DNA from: Tabrizicola sp.
GTDB taxonomy: Bacteria > Pseudomonadota > Alphaproteobacteria > Rhodobacterales > Rhodobacteraceae
Reading direction: 5' to 3'
Assembly (NCBI GenBank): GCA_046294075.1
Contig: JBKBJC010000004.1
Coordinates: 5,872 to 69,871 of the forward strand
Length of the DNA stretch: 64,000 nucleotides
The translations under genes and the position numbers were made by a program. Numbering within the stretch: the stretch's first letter is position 1; each line of letters opens with the position of its first letter. Below, piece after piece: positions 19,134 through 29,909 of this stretch. Under the pieces are notes generated by a model. It saw only the letters and a list, made by a program, of their open reading frames with translations. It was not told the DNA's origin and searched no databases.

Positions 19134-19763
19134 ATGCTGCGCCTGCTGGACCGGTTCGAGGAAGTGATGATCGCCACGCTGATCGCGTTGGCGACCGTGC
19201 TCATCTTCGTGTCGGTCACCCATCGCTTTGCCATCGGCTTCGCCGCAGACCTGGTCGGCTATGCCCGCGCCCACGAGCTGGAGGGGCTTGGCGCCTTCGC
19301 CCGGTCGGTGTTCAAGACCGTGAACGGCCTCAAGCTGACCTGGGCACAGGAAGCCTGCATCTACCTCTTCGTCTGGATGGCCAAGTTCGGCGCCGCCTAT
19401 GGCGTGCGGACCGGCATCCATGTCGGCGTCGACATCCTGGCCGAGCGGCTGACGGGTTCGGCGCGGCGCGCGATCACCACCATCGCCATGTCCGGCGGGG
19501 TGATCTTCACCGCGATCCTGACCTGGATCGGCAGCGATTTCGTCTGGCATGTCCGGGCGGGCGGGCAGACCTCTCCCGATCTGGAGATGCCGATGTGGAT
19601 CATCTACCTGGCGGTGCCGCTCGGCTCGGCCCTGATGTGCTTCCGCTTCCTCCAGGCGCTGGCCCGCTACCTGAGGACGGGAGAGCTCGCGCATCACGAC
19701 CACGGCGCTGTCGATGGCCTGGACGACGAGGCCGAGGATGTGGCCAAGGGGGGCCACGCATGA
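19134..19763 (+). CDS. dctQ: TRAP small permease
   Basis: WAQEACIYLFVWMAKFGAAYGVRTGIHVGVD. Confidence 0.92.
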   Translation: MLRLLDRFEEVMIATLIALATVLIFVSVTHRFAIGFAADLVGYARAHELEGLGAFARSVFKTVNGLKLTWAQEACIYLFVWMAKFGAAYGVRTGIHVGVDILAERLTGSARRAITTIAMSGGVIFTAILTWIGSDFVWHVRAGGQTSPDLEMPMWIIYLAVPLGSALMCFRFLQALARYLRTGELAHHDHGAVDGLDDEAEDVAKGGHA

Positions 19764-21082
19764 CCGCGCTTCTGATCTTCGCCATCCTGGCGCTGCTTCT
19801 GGTCACCGGCATGCCCGTGTCCATCGCGCTGGGCCTCACGGTTTTCACCTTCCTCTTCGGCTTTTCCAACGTGCCGATGGATGCCATCGCGCTGAAGCTG
19901 TTCACCGGCATCGAGAAGTTCGAGATCATGGCGATCCCGTTCTTCATCCTCGCCGGCAACTTCCTGACCCACGGCGGCGTGGCGCGGCGGATGATCCGCT
20001 TTGCCTCGTCGATGGTGGGGCACTGGTATGGCGGCCTCGGGCTGGCCTCGGTCCTGTCCTGCGCGCTGTTCGCCGCGATCTCCGGCTCCAGTCCCGCCAC
20101 CGTGATGGCCGTTGGGTCGATCATGCTGCCCGCCATGACGCGTCAGGGCTATCCGCCGCAGTTCGGCGTCGGCACGATCACCAGTTCCGGCGGGCTTGGT
20201 ATCCTGATCCCGCCGTCGATCGTCATGGTGATGTATGCCGTGGCCACATCTGGCATGGTGGTGCAGGGACCGGACGGCGACCCCGTCATGTCGGCCTCGA
20301 TCGGCGATCTGTTCATCGCGGGCGTGGTGCCGGGGCTCCTGCTGGCGGCGATGCTGGCGGGCACCACGACCTGGCGGGCCTGGAAGAACGACTATCCCCG
20401 CTTGCCCCGCGCCTCGTTCAAGGACCGCTGGAAGGCGTTCCGCGAAAGTGTCTGGGGGCTGATGCTGATCGTCATCATCATGGGTGGCATCTATGGCGGC
20501 ATCTTCACGCCGACCGAGGCGGCGGCGGTTTCGGCAGTCTATGCCTTCGTCGTGGCGGTCTGGGTCTACAGGGACATCAGGCTGTCGGACGTGCCGAAGG
20601 TGCTGCTGAACTCGGCCGCGATGTCGGCGATGCTGCTCTATATCATCACCAACGCCGTGATGTTCGCCTTCATCCTGACCTCGGAACAGATTCCGCAGGC
20701 GCTTTCGGCCTGGATCGTCGATCTGGGGCTTGGCCAGGTGGGCTTCCTGCTGATCGTGAACGTGATGCTGCTGACGATCGGCATGGTCATGGAGCCCTCG
20801 GCCATCGTGCTGATCATGGCACCGATCCTCTACCCGGTCGCCATGGCGCTTGGCGTGGACCCGGTGCATTTCGGGATCATGCTGGTGGTCAACATGGAGA
20901 TCGGCCTCTGCACGCCGCCCGTGGGCCTGAACCTCTACGTCGCCTCGTCGCTGTCACGGCTGGGACTGACCGAGGTCACGCGCTCCACCTGGCCCTGGCT
21001 TCTGACCATGCTGACCTTCCTGATGCTGATCACCTACGTCCCGGCGATCACACTGGTCCTGCCAAGGCTGCTTGGCATGTAG
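19760..21082 (+). CDS. dctM: TRAP large permease
   Basis: FEIMAIPFFILAGNFLTHGGVARR and SGSSPAT motifs; ATGA overlap with dctQ. Confidence 0.93.
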   Translation: MTALLIFAILALLLVTGMPVSIALGLTVFTFLFGFSNVPMDAIALKLFTGIEKFEIMAIPFFILAGNFLTHGGVARRMIRFASSMVGHWYGGLGLASVLSCALFAAISGSSPATVMAVGSIMLPAMTRQGYPPQFGVGTITSSGGLGILIPPSIVMVMYAVATSGMVVQGPDGDPVMSASIGDLFIAGVVPGLLLAAMLAGTTTWRAWKNDYPRLPRASFKDRWKAFRESVWGLMLIVIIMGGIYGGIFTPTEAAAVSAVYAFVVAVWVYRDIRLSDVPKVLLNSAAMSAMLLYIITNAVMFAFILTSEQIPQALSAWIVDLGLGQVGFLLIVNVMLLTIGMVMEPSAIVLIMAPILYPVAMALGVDPVHFGIMLVVNMEIGLCTPPVGLNLYVASSLSRLGLTEVTRSTWPWLLTMLTFLMLITYVPAITLVLPRLLGM

Positions 21083-21162
21083 AAAAGACCGGCCGCGCAG
21101 GCACGTCCTGCGCGGCCAGCCGTCATCGGGGGCTGCTCGTCCTCCTCCCCCGCATCCAGCCC

Positions 21163-23289
21163 TCAGCCCCTGGCTTGCCGGATCAGATCCAGGATCTCCT
21201 TCGCCGCGGCCGGGATGTTGGTCCCGGGACCGAAGATCGCCTTGACCCCCGCCGCCTTGAGGAAATCATAGTCCTGCTGCGGGATGACGCCGCCGCAGAT
21301 CACCAGGATGTCGCCCGCACCGCGTTCCTTCAGCACCTCGATCAGCCGGGGCGCCAGCGTCTTGTGCCCCGCCGCCTGGGAGGAAATCCCGATCACATGC
21401 ACGTCGTTGTCGATCGCATCCTGCGCCGCCTCCTCGGGCGTCTGGAACAGCGGGCCCACATCCACGTCGAACCCGATGTCGGCAAAGGCCGTGGCGATCA
21501 CCTTGGCCCCACGGTCGTGCCCGTCCTGGCCCATCTTGACCACCAGCATCCGCGGCCGCCGGCCCTCGGCCTCGGCGAAGGCCTCCACGTCCTTCTGGAT
21601 CGCCTCGAACCCCGCATCGCCCTCGTAGGCAGCGCCATAGACCCCGGCCAGCGTCTTGACCTCGGCGCGATGCCGTCCAAACACCTTTTCCATGGCCATC
21701 GAGATCTCTCCCACGCTCGCCCGTGCCCGGGCCGCTTCCACCGCCGCTTCCAGAAGGTTGCCGCCCGCACCCGCGCGCCGGGTCAGTTCGTCCAGCGCCG
21801 CCTGGCAGCGCACCTCGTCGCGGCCCGCGCGCACCGCCTTCAGCCGCGCGACCTGGGCCTCGCGCACGGCCATGTTGTCGATGTCGAGGATCTCGATCGG
21901 GTCCTCCTTGTCCTTGCGGTACTTGTTGACCCCGACGATCACCTCCTCGCCGCGGTCGATCATCGCCTGGCGCCGCGCCGCCGTCTCCTCGATCCGCAGC
22001 TTCGGCATGCCAGAGGCCACCGCCTTGGTCATGCCGCCCATGGCCTCGACTTCCCCGATCAGCTTCCAGGCCTCCTCGGCCAGCTGCGCGGTCAGGTATT
22101 CCACATAGTAGGACCCGGCCAGCGGATCGACGACATGGGTGATCCCGGTCTCTTCCTGCAACACCAGCTGGGTATTGCGCGCGATCCGGGCCGAGAACTC
22201 GGTCGGCAGGGCAATCGCCTCGTCCAGGGCGTTGGTGTGCAGGGACTGAGTGCCGCCCAGCACCGCCGCCATCGCCTCGTAGGCGGTGCGGATCACGTTG
22301 TTGTAGGGGTCCTGCTCCTGAAGGCTCACCCCGCTCGTCTGGCAATGCGTGCGCAGCATCAGGCTCGACGCCTTCTTCGCCCCGAACCCGGACATGATCC
22401 GGTGCCACAGCATCCGCGCGGCCCGCAGCTTTGCGACCTCCATGAAGAAGTTCATGCCGATGGCGAAGAAGAACGACAGCCGCCCGGCGAAATCGTCCAC
22501 GTCCATCCCGCGCGCGATGGCGGCCTGCACATATTCCTTGCCGTCGGCCAGGGTGAAGGCCAGCTCTTGCACCAGGTTCGCGCCCGCCTCCTGCATGTGG
22601 TAGCCGGAGATGGAAATCGAGTTGAACTTCGGCATCTCGCGCGAGGTGTATTCGATGATGTCCGCGATGATCCGCATCGAAGGTTCGGGCGGGTAGATAT
22701 AGGTGTTCCGCACCATGAATTCCTTCAGGATGTCGTTCTGGATCGTCCCCGACAGGTCCGCCCGCGCCACACCCTGTTCCTCTCCGGCAACGATGAAATT
22801 CGCCAGAATCGGGATCACCGCCCCGTTCATCGTCATGGAAACGCTGATCTTCTCCAGCGGGATGCCGTCAAAGAGGATCTTCATGTCCTCGACGCTGTCG
22901 ATGGCGACCCCTGCCTTTCCAACATCGCCCACCACGCGCGGGTGATCGCTGTCATAGCCCCGGTGCGTCGCCAGATCGAAGGCAACCGACACACCCTGCT
23001 GCCCACCCGCCAGGGCCTTGCGGTAGAAGGCGTTCGATTCCTCGGCGGTCGAGAAGCCCGCATACTGCCGGATCGTCCAGGGCCGCCCTGCATACATCGT
23101 CGCCCGGACCCCCCGGGTGAAGGGCGCGACACCGGGCAGCTCGCCCATCTGCGGCAGCCCGTGCACGTCCGCCGCCGTGTAGAGCGGCTTGACCGTGATC
23201 CCCTCCAGCGTCTGCCAGTTCAGCGCCTCCGGGCCCCTGCCCTTCAACTCCTTCGAGGCCAGCGCCTCCCACTCCTTCAGGTCCGCCAT
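21163..23289 (-). CDS. scpA: Methylmalonyl-CoA mutase (B12-dependent)
   Basis: [17 protein letters not shown] and [10 protein letters not shown] cobalamin-binding motif. Confidence 0.97.
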   Translation of the reverse strand: MADLKEWEALASKELKGRGPEALNWQTLEGITVKPLYTAADVHGLPQMGELPGVAPFTRGVRATMYAGRPWTIRQYAGFSTAEESNAFYRKALAGGQQGVSVAFDLATHRGYDSDHPRVVGDVGKAGVAIDSVEDMKILFDGIPLEKISVSMTMNGAVIPILANFIVAGEEQGVARADLSGTIQNDILKEFMVRNTYIYPPEPSMRIIADIIEYTSREMPKFNSISISGYHMQEAGANLVQELAFTLADGKEYVQAAIARGMDVDDFAGRLSFFFAIGMNFFMEVAKLRAARMLWHRIMSGFGAKKASSLMLRTHCQTSGVSLQEQDPYNNVIRTAYEAMAAVLGGTQSLHTNALDEAIALPTEFSARIARNTQLVLQEETGITHVVDPLAGSYYVEYLTAQLAEEAWKLIGEVEAMGGMTKAVASGMPKLRIEETAARRQAMIDRGEEVIVGVNKYRKDKEDPIEILDIDNMAVREAQVARLKAVRAGRDEVRCQAALDELTRRAGAGGNLLEAAVEAARARASVGEISMAMEKVFGRHRAEVKTLAGVYGAAYEGDAGFEAIQKDVEAFAEAEGRRPRMLVVKMGQDGHDRGAKVIATAFADIGFDVDVGPLFQTPEEAAQDAIDNDVHVIGISSQAAGHKTLAPRLIEVLKERGAGDILVICGGVIPQQDYDFLKAAGVKAIFGPGTNIPAAAKEILDLIRQARG

Positions 23290-23354
23290 CTCTCTCTCCG
23301 TTCCGCGCCGATCCGGCGCTTGGGCTTTTGCCGAAAGCCGCCTATATCAGGGCC

Positions 23355-23858
23355 ATGAAAGCCGTCGCCCGCCGCCCGTTTCTTGCCGTTCTGGCCCTGG
23401 CCATTCCGGCGCTTGTCCTTTCCGCCCGGGCCGACGAGGCCCAGGCGATTGCCGATCAGACCGCCGATCCGGCTGGGGACGCCCCCCCGGCCTTCGGCCC
23501 CGTCCCGGCCTCCGAGGTTGTGGAGGCCGAGCTTCTCTTCCTGCGCCGCCCGGTCATCGTCTTTGCCGACAGTCCGGCCGATCCCGCCTTCGTGCGGCAG
23601 ATGGAGCTTCTGACCCGCCACTATGCGCAATTCGAGGCCCGGGACGTGATCCTCATCACCGACACCGACCCCGCGAACCCCTCCGACCTGCGCAGGAAAC
23701 TCAGGCCCCGTGGCTTCTCGCTCGTGCTGATGGACAAGGACTGGAAACCCTCGATCCGCAAACCCCTGCCCTGGGACGGGCGCGAGATCATCAATTCCAT
23801 CGACAAGATGCCGATCGCGCGCTCCGAGGCGCTGGAGCGCAACCCGGCGGGACGGTAG
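23355..23858 (+). CDS. DUF4174-like secreted protein
   Basis: Signal peptide; RPVIVFADSPADP...RKP.PW..REI...IDKMP. Confidence 0.75.
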   Translation: MKAVARRPFLAVLALAIPALVLSARADEAQAIADQTADPAGDAPPAFGPVPASEVVEAELLFLRRPVIVFADSPADPAFVRQMELLTRHYAQFEARDVILITDTDPANPSDLRRKLRPRGFSLVLMDKDWKPSIRKPLPWDGREIINSIDKMPIARSEALERNPAGR

Positions 23859-23952
23859 GGCCCCGGAAAACCCGCGAGTCCCGCACCGAAGCCGCTGAAG
23901 GCCCTGTCTCGATGTCTTCCAGGGGAAAGCCCCTGCCTCGAGCATTGCACCA

Positions 23953-25956
23953 TCACTCGAACTCCATGATGACGTCATCGACCTTCAGGCTCGCCCCGGC
24001 GCTGGCCTTGATCTTCTTGACCACGCCCTTCCTTTCGGCCTTCAGGATGTTCTCCATCTTCATCGCCTCGACCGTGGCCAGCGCCTGACCCTCCTGGACC
24101 TCCTCGCCTTCGGACACCGCGATCTTCACCACCAGGCCCGGCATCGGGCACAGCAGATACTTGGACGTGTCCGGCGGCGCCTTTTCCAGCATCAGCCCGG
24201 ACAGCGCCTTCTGCCTCGGCGTCTGCACCCGGACCTTCAGATCCGCACCCCGAAGCCGGATGCGGAAGCCCATGGGGATCTTCCCGACCTTCAGCACCAG
24301 GGGCTCTCCGCCAACGCTCAGGCGGGCTAGCGGCTGCCCCGGCGTCCAGTCGCTTTCCACCCGCAGCTCGGTCCCGTCGTCGAACATCACTGTCGAACCG
24401 GCAGGATCGGCCAGGATCGCGACATTCCAGGTTTCGCCCTGCAGGCTCACCACCCAGTCGTCACCCACCCGACGGGTATGGTTGTCCATCGTGCCCGAGA
24501 TGCGGGTGCGCCGGATTTCCGCCACCCGGTTCATCGCCGCCGCAGCCGCCGCGACCCGGCGCAGGAGGCTGGCGTCCAGCGTGGCCCCCGTGAATCCGCC
24601 CTCGTATTCCTCGGCGATGAAGGCCGTGCTGATGTTGCCGCTGGTGAAACGCGGATGGTCCATCACGGCGGAACAGAACGGCAGGTTGTGGCCGATGCCT
24701 TCCACCTCGAAGGTGTCGAGCGCAAGCCGCATCTCCTCGATGGCATCCGCCCGCGTCGGCCCCCAGGTGCAGAGCTTGGCGATCATCGGGTCGTAGAACA
24801 TGCTGATCTCGCCGCCCTCGTAGACGCCGGTGTCGTTCCGCACGATCCCGCCGCGCTCGGTCTTGCCCTCGACCGGGGGCCGGTAGCGGGTGAGACGGCC
24901 GATGGAGGGCAGGAAGTTACGGTAGGGGTCCTCGGCGTAAAGGCGGCTTTCCATCGCCCAGCCGTGGATCTTCAGGTCCTGTTGCCTGAACGGCAGCGGC
25001 TGACCGGCGGCCACCCGGATCATCTGTTCGACCAGATCCACCCCGGTGATCAGCTCCGTCACCGGGTGTTCCACCTGCAAACGGGTATTCATTTCAAGGA
25101 AATAGAAGTTGCGGTTGCCATCGACGATGAATTCCACCGTGCCCGCGCTGGTGTAGCCCACCGCCTTGGCCAAGGCGCAGGCCTGTTCGCCCATCTCCTT
25201 GCGCGTCGCCTCGTCCAGGAAGGGAGACGGCGCCTCTTCGATCACCTTCTGGTTCCGGCGTTGGATCGAACACTCCCGCTCGTGCAGGTAGACGCAGTTG
25301 CCGTGCCTGTCGGCCAGCACCTGGATCTCGATATGGCGCGGCTGCGTCACGAATTTCTCGATGAAGATGCGGTCGTCGCCGAAGCTCGACGCCGCCTCGT
25401 TCCTCGAGGACTGGAACCCCTCCGCCGCCTCGGCATCGGTCCAGGCGATCCGCATCCCCTTGCCGCCGCCGCCGGCGCTTGCCTTGATCATCACCGGATA
25501 GCCGATCTCGCGGCTGATCTTCACCGCCTCGTCGGCGTCGGCGATCAGGCCCATGTAGCCCGGCACCGTGCTGACCCCTGCCTCCTGGGCGATCTTCTTC
25601 GAGGTGATCTTGTCACCCATCGCCTCGATGGCCGGACTGGGCGGGCCGATGAACACAACCCCCTCGGCCTCCAGCGCAGCGGCGAAGTTGCGGTTTTCCG
25701 ACAGGAAGCCGTAGCCCGGATGCACCGCCTGCGCGCCGGTCTGGCGGATGGCCTGCATGATCCGGTCGATCACGATATAGGACTGCGCGGCCGGGGGCGG
25801 GCCGATATGCACCGCCTCGTCCGCCATCTGGACGTGCAACGCATTGCGGTCGGCGTCGGAATAGACCGCCACCGTCCTGATCCCCATCTTGCGCGCCGTC
25901 TTGACCACGCGACAGGCGATCTCGCCCCGGTTGGCGATCAGGATCTTGTCAAACAT
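23953..25956 (-). CDS. pccA: Propionyl-CoA carboxylase alpha subunit
   Basis: KILIANRGEIA, EMNTRLQVEHPVTE and EAMKMEN biotinylation site; pccB/mcm context. Confidence 0.95.
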   Translation of the reverse strand: MFDKILIANRGEIACRVVKTARKMGIRTVAVYSDADRNALHVQMADEAVHIGPPPAAQSYIVIDRIMQAIRQTGAQAVHPGYGFLSENRNFAAALEAEGVVFIGPPSPAIEAMGDKITSKKIAQEAGVSTVPGYMGLIADADEAVKISREIGYPVMIKASAGGGGKGMRIAWTDAEAAEGFQSSRNEAASSFGDDRIFIEKFVTQPRHIEIQVLADRHGNCVYLHERECSIQRRNQKVIEEAPSPFLDEATRKEMGEQACALAKAVGYTSAGTVEFIVDGNRNFYFLEMNTRLQVEHPVTELITGVDLVEQMIRVAAGQPLPFRQQDLKIHGWAMESRLYAEDPYRNFLPSIGRLTRYRPPVEGKTERGGIVRNDTGVYEGGEISMFYDPMIAKLCTWGPTRADAIEEMRLALDTFEVEGIGHNLPFCSAVMDHPRFTSGNISTAFIAEEYEGGFTGATLDASLLRRVAAAAAAMNRVAEIRRTRISGTMDNHTRRVGDDWVVSLQGETWNVAILADPAGSTVMFDDGTELRVESDWTPGQPLARLSVGGEPLVLKVGKIPMGFRIRLRGADLKVRVQTPRQKALSGLMLEKAPPDTSKYLLCPMPGLVVKIAVSEGEEVQEGQALATVEAMKMENILKAERKGVVKKIKASAGASLKVDDVIMEFE

Positions 25957-25978
25957 CGGTTTCCCCCAGTCGGAATGC

Positions 25979-26013
25979 AAAAGGACCACCCGGGCGGTCA
26001 GCCCGGATGGTCC
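25979..26013 (-). terminator. Intrinsic terminator-like hairpin between the lipoprotein gene and pccA
   Basis: Minus strand GGACCATCCGGGC-TGACC-GCCCGGGTGGTCC-TTTT. Confidence 0.55.
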
Positions 26014-26048
26014 ATGGTGTCAGGTGAACCCGCCCGAAGGCGGTTACG

Positions 26049-26267
26049 TCAGTAGCCCGAGCGGCAGGGCGGCAGGCCCAGCTCGATGCCGCAGGTCGCG
26101 ACCCCGGCCAGACCGCCGATGACCGCACCGGTAAGAACGTCGTTTTCCGTCGCATCGGCGACCAGCGCGCCTGCGGCGGCACCGGCCATCCCGCGCGACG
26201 CCGGATCCTGCATGCATCCGGCAAGCGACGTGGAAAGAAGGGCAAAGACGATAAGCGACTTGCGCAT
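26049..26267 (-). CDS. Small glycine-zipper lipoprotein (72 aa)
   Basis: MRKSLIVFALLSTSLAGC lipobox; GAAAGA and GAVIGGLAG zipper motifs. Confidence 0.8.
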   Translation of the reverse strand: MRKSLIVFALLSTSLAGCMQDPASRGMAGAAAGALVADATENDVLTGAVIGGLAGVATCGIELGLPPCRSGY

Positions 26268-26381
26268 GGAAGACTGCCTCGTGGGTTTGTTGTTATTGCC
26301 GTGAAATCTACCGCAAAATCGCGGATTTGAAAGCGGTTTCTCGCCTTGCTCGCACAATCGGCAAGGACCCGCTCCATCCAC

Positions 26382-26478
26382 AGGATCGGTCCGGCCAGGG
26401 ACAGGCCGGACCGAAAGGAAGGGGAAGGGTAACAACGTAGACTGCGCAAGCCGGAGTTGGAGTGACACGGGCTTGCAC
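26382..26478 (-). ncRNA. Candidate small regulatory RNA
   Basis: TTGCAA-N17-CATTGT promoter (26511-26483); 5' hairpin GCAAGCC/GGCTTGC; C/U-rich linker; perfect 11-bp 3' hairpin. Confidence 0.55.
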
Positions 26479-26583
26479 GGAAACAATGGCACCAGGCGTC
26501 AGACATTGCAAATAGCGTGAGAACAGCCGCTCGGGCTTGAGCAAGACAACGCCAAAAACCATTCCCGGTCGGCAAGATCACGC

Positions 26584-26982
26584 CTATTCCTCCCCGTTCC
26601 AGTCGGCGTCGGCATCCAGCGCATTGGGCGCGTCCGGCGCGAACACCTCGGGGAAGGCGGCCTCGGCGCGTTTGACATCGATCTTGAGCAGCGCTTCGTA
26701 GGAGCAGGGGTCGAACGGGTCCTCGGCGGCGATCACCTCGCGGCCGAACAGCCAGGACAGCCGGCCGGCGTCGAGATTGCCGCGCTCGAAGGGTTCGGCA
26801 CCGAAATACTGCCAGAGTGCGGCCATGAAAGCCTGATCCGCCATGCGGTCAAGGTATTTGCGATCCTTGAACCGCTCGCGCCGGATCAGTTTCGTTGCGC
26901 CTTCCTTCACATTGGCGCGGCGGATGGTGAACTGGAAATCCGTCCCCGGCATCCGCCCGGGGAAACCACGGTGTTTCAGCAT
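26584..26982 (-). CDS. Conserved hypothetical protein of the pcc cluster
   Basis: MLKHRGFPGRMPGTDFQFTIRRAN...FERGNLDAGRLSWLFGREV; AGGAG RBS; host-like codon usage. Confidence 0.8.
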   Translation of the reverse strand: MLKHRGFPGRMPGTDFQFTIRRANVKEGATKLIRRERFKDRKYLDRMADQAFMAALWQYFGAEPFERGNLDAGRLSWLFGREVIAAEDPFDPCSYEALLKIDVKRAEAAFPEVFAPDAPNALDADADWNGEE

Positions 26983-27066
26983 CGGTTCTTGCTCCTGTCA
27001 GTGCAGTCGCGCGAACCGATAGGGGAAAGCGGGGCCGCGGCCCAGCGGAACCGCGACCCTGCGGCC

Positions 27067-27387
27067 TCAGCCCCGGGTGGGCGGGCGTTGCGGATCCTGC
27101 GTGTCGGAATCGTTGTCGCCGCCACGCCGCACCGGCACACAGATCGGCCATTGGCCGGCGACGGTGAAGGTCGGCCGCTCATTGGCCTTGCAACGGTCCT
27201 CGCAGCGCGGCAACTGGCGCATGGGCGGCTGATAGTTGGGATCGCGCAATTGGCTGTCGCTGACGCAGACATCCTCAAGCCTGCCGAACTTGTCGTAGAC
27301 GGGTTCGGGAACAACGGGATCCGGCTGCTTGGCACAGGCGACCAGAACAGCCAGTGATCCGATTGCCGCAATTGCAAGCTTTGGCAT
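27067..27387 (-). CDS. Lipoprotein with four additional Cys
   Basis: LVAC lipobox; GGAGG RBS; EPVYDKFG motif. Confidence 0.7.
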   Translation of the reverse strand: MPKLAIAAIGSLAVLVACAKQPDPVVPEPVYDKFGRLEDVCVSDSQLRDPNYQPPMRQLPRCEDRCKANERPTFTVAGQWPICVPVRRGGDNDSDTQDPQRPPTRG

Positions 27388-27543
27388 GAAAAGTCCTCCA
27401 CAAAAGGAAAGCGAGCACCGACAGCATAATCGGCAACAAATACGCGATCAACTTTTTGTGGGAAGATGGCGAGGCCCGCGCGGGGCGTCAGCGAGGTAGG
27501 CGCGGGCCCGACCGGCATGCGCCGGCAGGCCCGCTCCGCAAAA

Positions 27544-27675
27544 TTACTTGTACTTGCCCGTGTAGGTCGGCTCGACCGTGACCGGCTCAACCGGCTCGAC
27601 CGGCTGCTTCTTGGCGCAAGCGGCGAAAGCCGACACCATAGCCAGAACCAGAACGAGACGTGCGCTCTTCGACAT
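27544..27675 (-). CDS. Very small lipoprotein (43 aa, not in ORF track)
   Basis: Manual translation MSKSARLVLVLAMVSAFAACAKKQPVEPVEPVTVEPTYTGKYK; GGAG RBS; FAAC lipobox. Confidence 0.8.
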   Translation of the reverse strand: MSKSARLVLVLAMVSAFAACAKKQPVEPVEPVTVEPTYTGKYK

Positions 27676-27886
27676 CCTCTACTCCATCTTTCTTGGGGTG
27701 CTTCGGACCCCGTGCGGGTATCCGGCACCTGTTCGCTGTTCAAGGCCGACTTGGCCCGGCCCGTGGCAACCTTACCGGAAACCGATCCGGATTGGTATGA
27801 CGCCGGAGCCAAGTTCCCGACCTGTGGCGTTCCTACATCAGCCCAATGTACAAGGCCAGCAGGAAAAACAACATTTAGCGTCCGCA

Positions 27887-28297
27887 TCAGAAAACCTCCC
27901 ACACGCAGACGCCGTTTTCCGGGCGGAAGGATTCGAAGAACTGGACCACGTCCGGCGCTGGCTGGCCGAAAGGGACAGCCTCGCTGGAAAAGGAGATCAC
28001 AATCTGCTGCGGCGCGGGCACCATGCCGTCGATCCGCCTGATCGCAAAGCTGTCGCAGAGCGCCTGCATGTCCGCGGCCGCGGCCTCGGCGTCACCGGTG
28101 TCCAGCCCGGGCGCGAGGAACCGGAACCGCGCCGTCGCCCCGGCCGGCCCGCGCGCATTGGTGATGACGTCGATGAGCGAGAGCTTCCGCCCGGACGGCA
28201 CACTGACGGCCTCGCCCGCTGGCGCCTCTTCTTGGCAGCCAGCCGTTGCCGCAAGCGCGACGCAGATCAGAGCGTGAAGGATCGAGACGCGGCGCAT
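27887..28297 (-). CDS. DUF6497-like secreted protein/lipoprotein
   Basis: VPSG...ARFRFLAP...DMQALC...QIVISFS..VPFG...QFFESFR....CVWE. Confidence 0.75.
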   Translation of the reverse strand: MRRVSILHALICVALAATAGCQEEAPAGEAVSVPSGRKLSLIDVITNARGPAGATARFRFLAPGLDTGDAEAAAADMQALCDSFAIRRIDGMVPAPQQIVISFSSEAVPFGQPAPDVVQFFESFRPENGVCVWEVF

Positions 28298-28300
28298 GGG

Positions 28301-29833
28301 TTACAGCGGGATATTGTCGTGCTTCTTCCCGGGCATCACCGCCTTCTTGCCGCGCAGCGCGGCAAAGGCCCGCGCCACCCGGCGGCGTGTGGAATGGGGC
28401 ATGATGACCTCGTCGATGAACCCCTTCTCCGCCGCGACGAAGGGGTTGGCGAAGCGGTCCTCGTAATCCTTGACCCGTGCGGCGATCTTCTCCGGCTCGC
28501 CCAACTCGCTGCGATACAGGATCTCTACCGCCCCCTTCGCCCCCATCACCGCCACCTCGGCCGTGGGCCAGGCATAGTTGAAATCGGCCTTCAGGTGCTT
28601 GGACGCCATCACCACATAGGCCCCGCCATAGGTCTTGCGGGTCAGCACCGTGACCTTCGGCACCGTCGCCTCGCCATAGGCGAACAGAAGCTTCGCACCG
28701 TGCTTGATGACCCCGCCATACTCCTGCCCCGTCCCCGGCAGGAAGCCCGGCACGTCGACGAAGGTCAGGATCGGGATCTCGAAGGCATCGCAGAACCGCA
28801 CGAAGCGCGCGGCCTTGCGGCTGGCGTCGATGTCGAGGCAGCCGGCCAGCACCATCGGCTGATTGGCCACCACCCCCACCGTCTGCCCCTCCAGCCGGAT
28901 GAAGCCGATGACGATGTTGGCGGCAAAGTCCTTCTGCACCTCGAAGAAATCGCCTTCGTCGGCGATCTTCAGGATCAGTTCCTTCATGTCGTAGGGCTGG
29001 TTCGGGTTGTCCGGAACCAGCGTGTCGAGGCTGGGCTCGATCCGGGCGGGGTCGTCGAAGAAGGGCCTGACCGGTGCCTTCTGCCGGTTGTTCAGCGGCA
29101 GGAAATCGAACAGCCTGCGGATCTCGGCCAGGGCCTCCACGTCATTCTCGAAGGCCCCGTCCGCGACCGACGACTTGCGGGTGTGGGTCGAGGCGCCCCC
29201 CAGTTCCTCGGCCGTCACCACCTCGTTCGTCACCGTCTTCACCACGTCGGGGCCTGTGACGAACATGTAGCTCGAATCCTTCACCATGAAGATGAAGTCG
29301 GTCATGGCGGGCGAATAGACCGCACCGCCCGCGCAGGGCCCCATGATGAGGCTGATCTGCGGCACCACGCCCGAGGCCTCGATGTTGCGCTGGAACACCT
29401 CGCCATAGGCGGCGAGGCTGGCCACGCCCTCCTGGATCCGGGCGCCGCCGGAATCGTTGATCCCGATCACCGGGGCGCCATTCTGCATCGCCATGTCCAT
29501 GATCTTGCAGATCTTCGCGCCATGGGTTTCGCTGACCGATCCCCCCATGACGGTGAAGTCCTGGCTGAACACATAGACCTGCCGGCCGTTGATCGTGCCC
29601 CAGCCCGTCACCACGCCGTCACCTGCCGGGCGGTCCTTCTCCATCCCGAAATCGGTGCAGCGGTGCGCGACGAACATGTCGAACTCCTCGAACGATCCCT
29701 CGTCGAGCAGAAGCTCGATCCGCTCGCGCGCCGTCAGCTTGCCCTTGGCATGCTGCGCCGCGACCCTCCGCTCGCCGCCCCCGGCCCGCGCAGCCGCGCG
29801 ACGGGCCTCAAGCTCTTCCAGGATATCCTTCAT
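28301..29833 (-). CDS. pccB: Propionyl-CoA carboxylase beta subunit
   Basis: [32 protein letters not shown] and KKHDNIPL; 510 aa from ATG 29833. Confidence 0.96.
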   Translation of the reverse strand: MKDILEELEARRAAARAGGGERRVAAQHAKGKLTARERIELLLDEGSFEEFDMFVAHRCTDFGMEKDRPAGDGVVTGWGTINGRQVYVFSQDFTVMGGSVSETHGAKICKIMDMAMQNGAPVIGINDSGGARIQEGVASLAAYGEVFQRNIEASGVVPQISLIMGPCAGGAVYSPAMTDFIFMVKDSSYMFVTGPDVVKTVTNEVVTAEELGGASTHTRKSSVADGAFENDVEALAEIRRLFDFLPLNNRQKAPVRPFFDDPARIEPSLDTLVPDNPNQPYDMKELILKIADEGDFFEVQKDFAANIVIGFIRLEGQTVGVVANQPMVLAGCLDIDASRKAARFVRFCDAFEIPILTFVDVPGFLPGTGQEYGGVIKHGAKLLFAYGEATVPKVTVLTRKTYGGAYVVMASKHLKADFNYAWPTAEVAVMGAKGAVEILYRSELGEPEKIAARVKDYEDRFANPFVAAEKGFIDEVIMPHSTRRRVARAFAALRGKKAVMPGKKHDNIPL

Positions 29834-29909
29834 CGCGCGCTCCCCCACGGTTGATGGCCGGGCGCAATCTAGGGGAAGGCCGCTGGTGCGAGAAGCGCGA
29901 AACGGCGAA

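Noticed and set aside
23290-23354. Cobalamin riboswitch before methylmalonyl-CoA mutase
   Set aside because: The gap is only ~65 bp and has no B12 box.
19714-23358. 1214-aa plus-strand ORF, and similar long ORFs such as 38794-41793, 27578-29854, 4365-6569 and 35878-38094
   Set aside because: Antisense or off-frame shadows of well-supported genes; Arg/Gly/His-rich composition typical of high-GC non-coding frames; no motifs.
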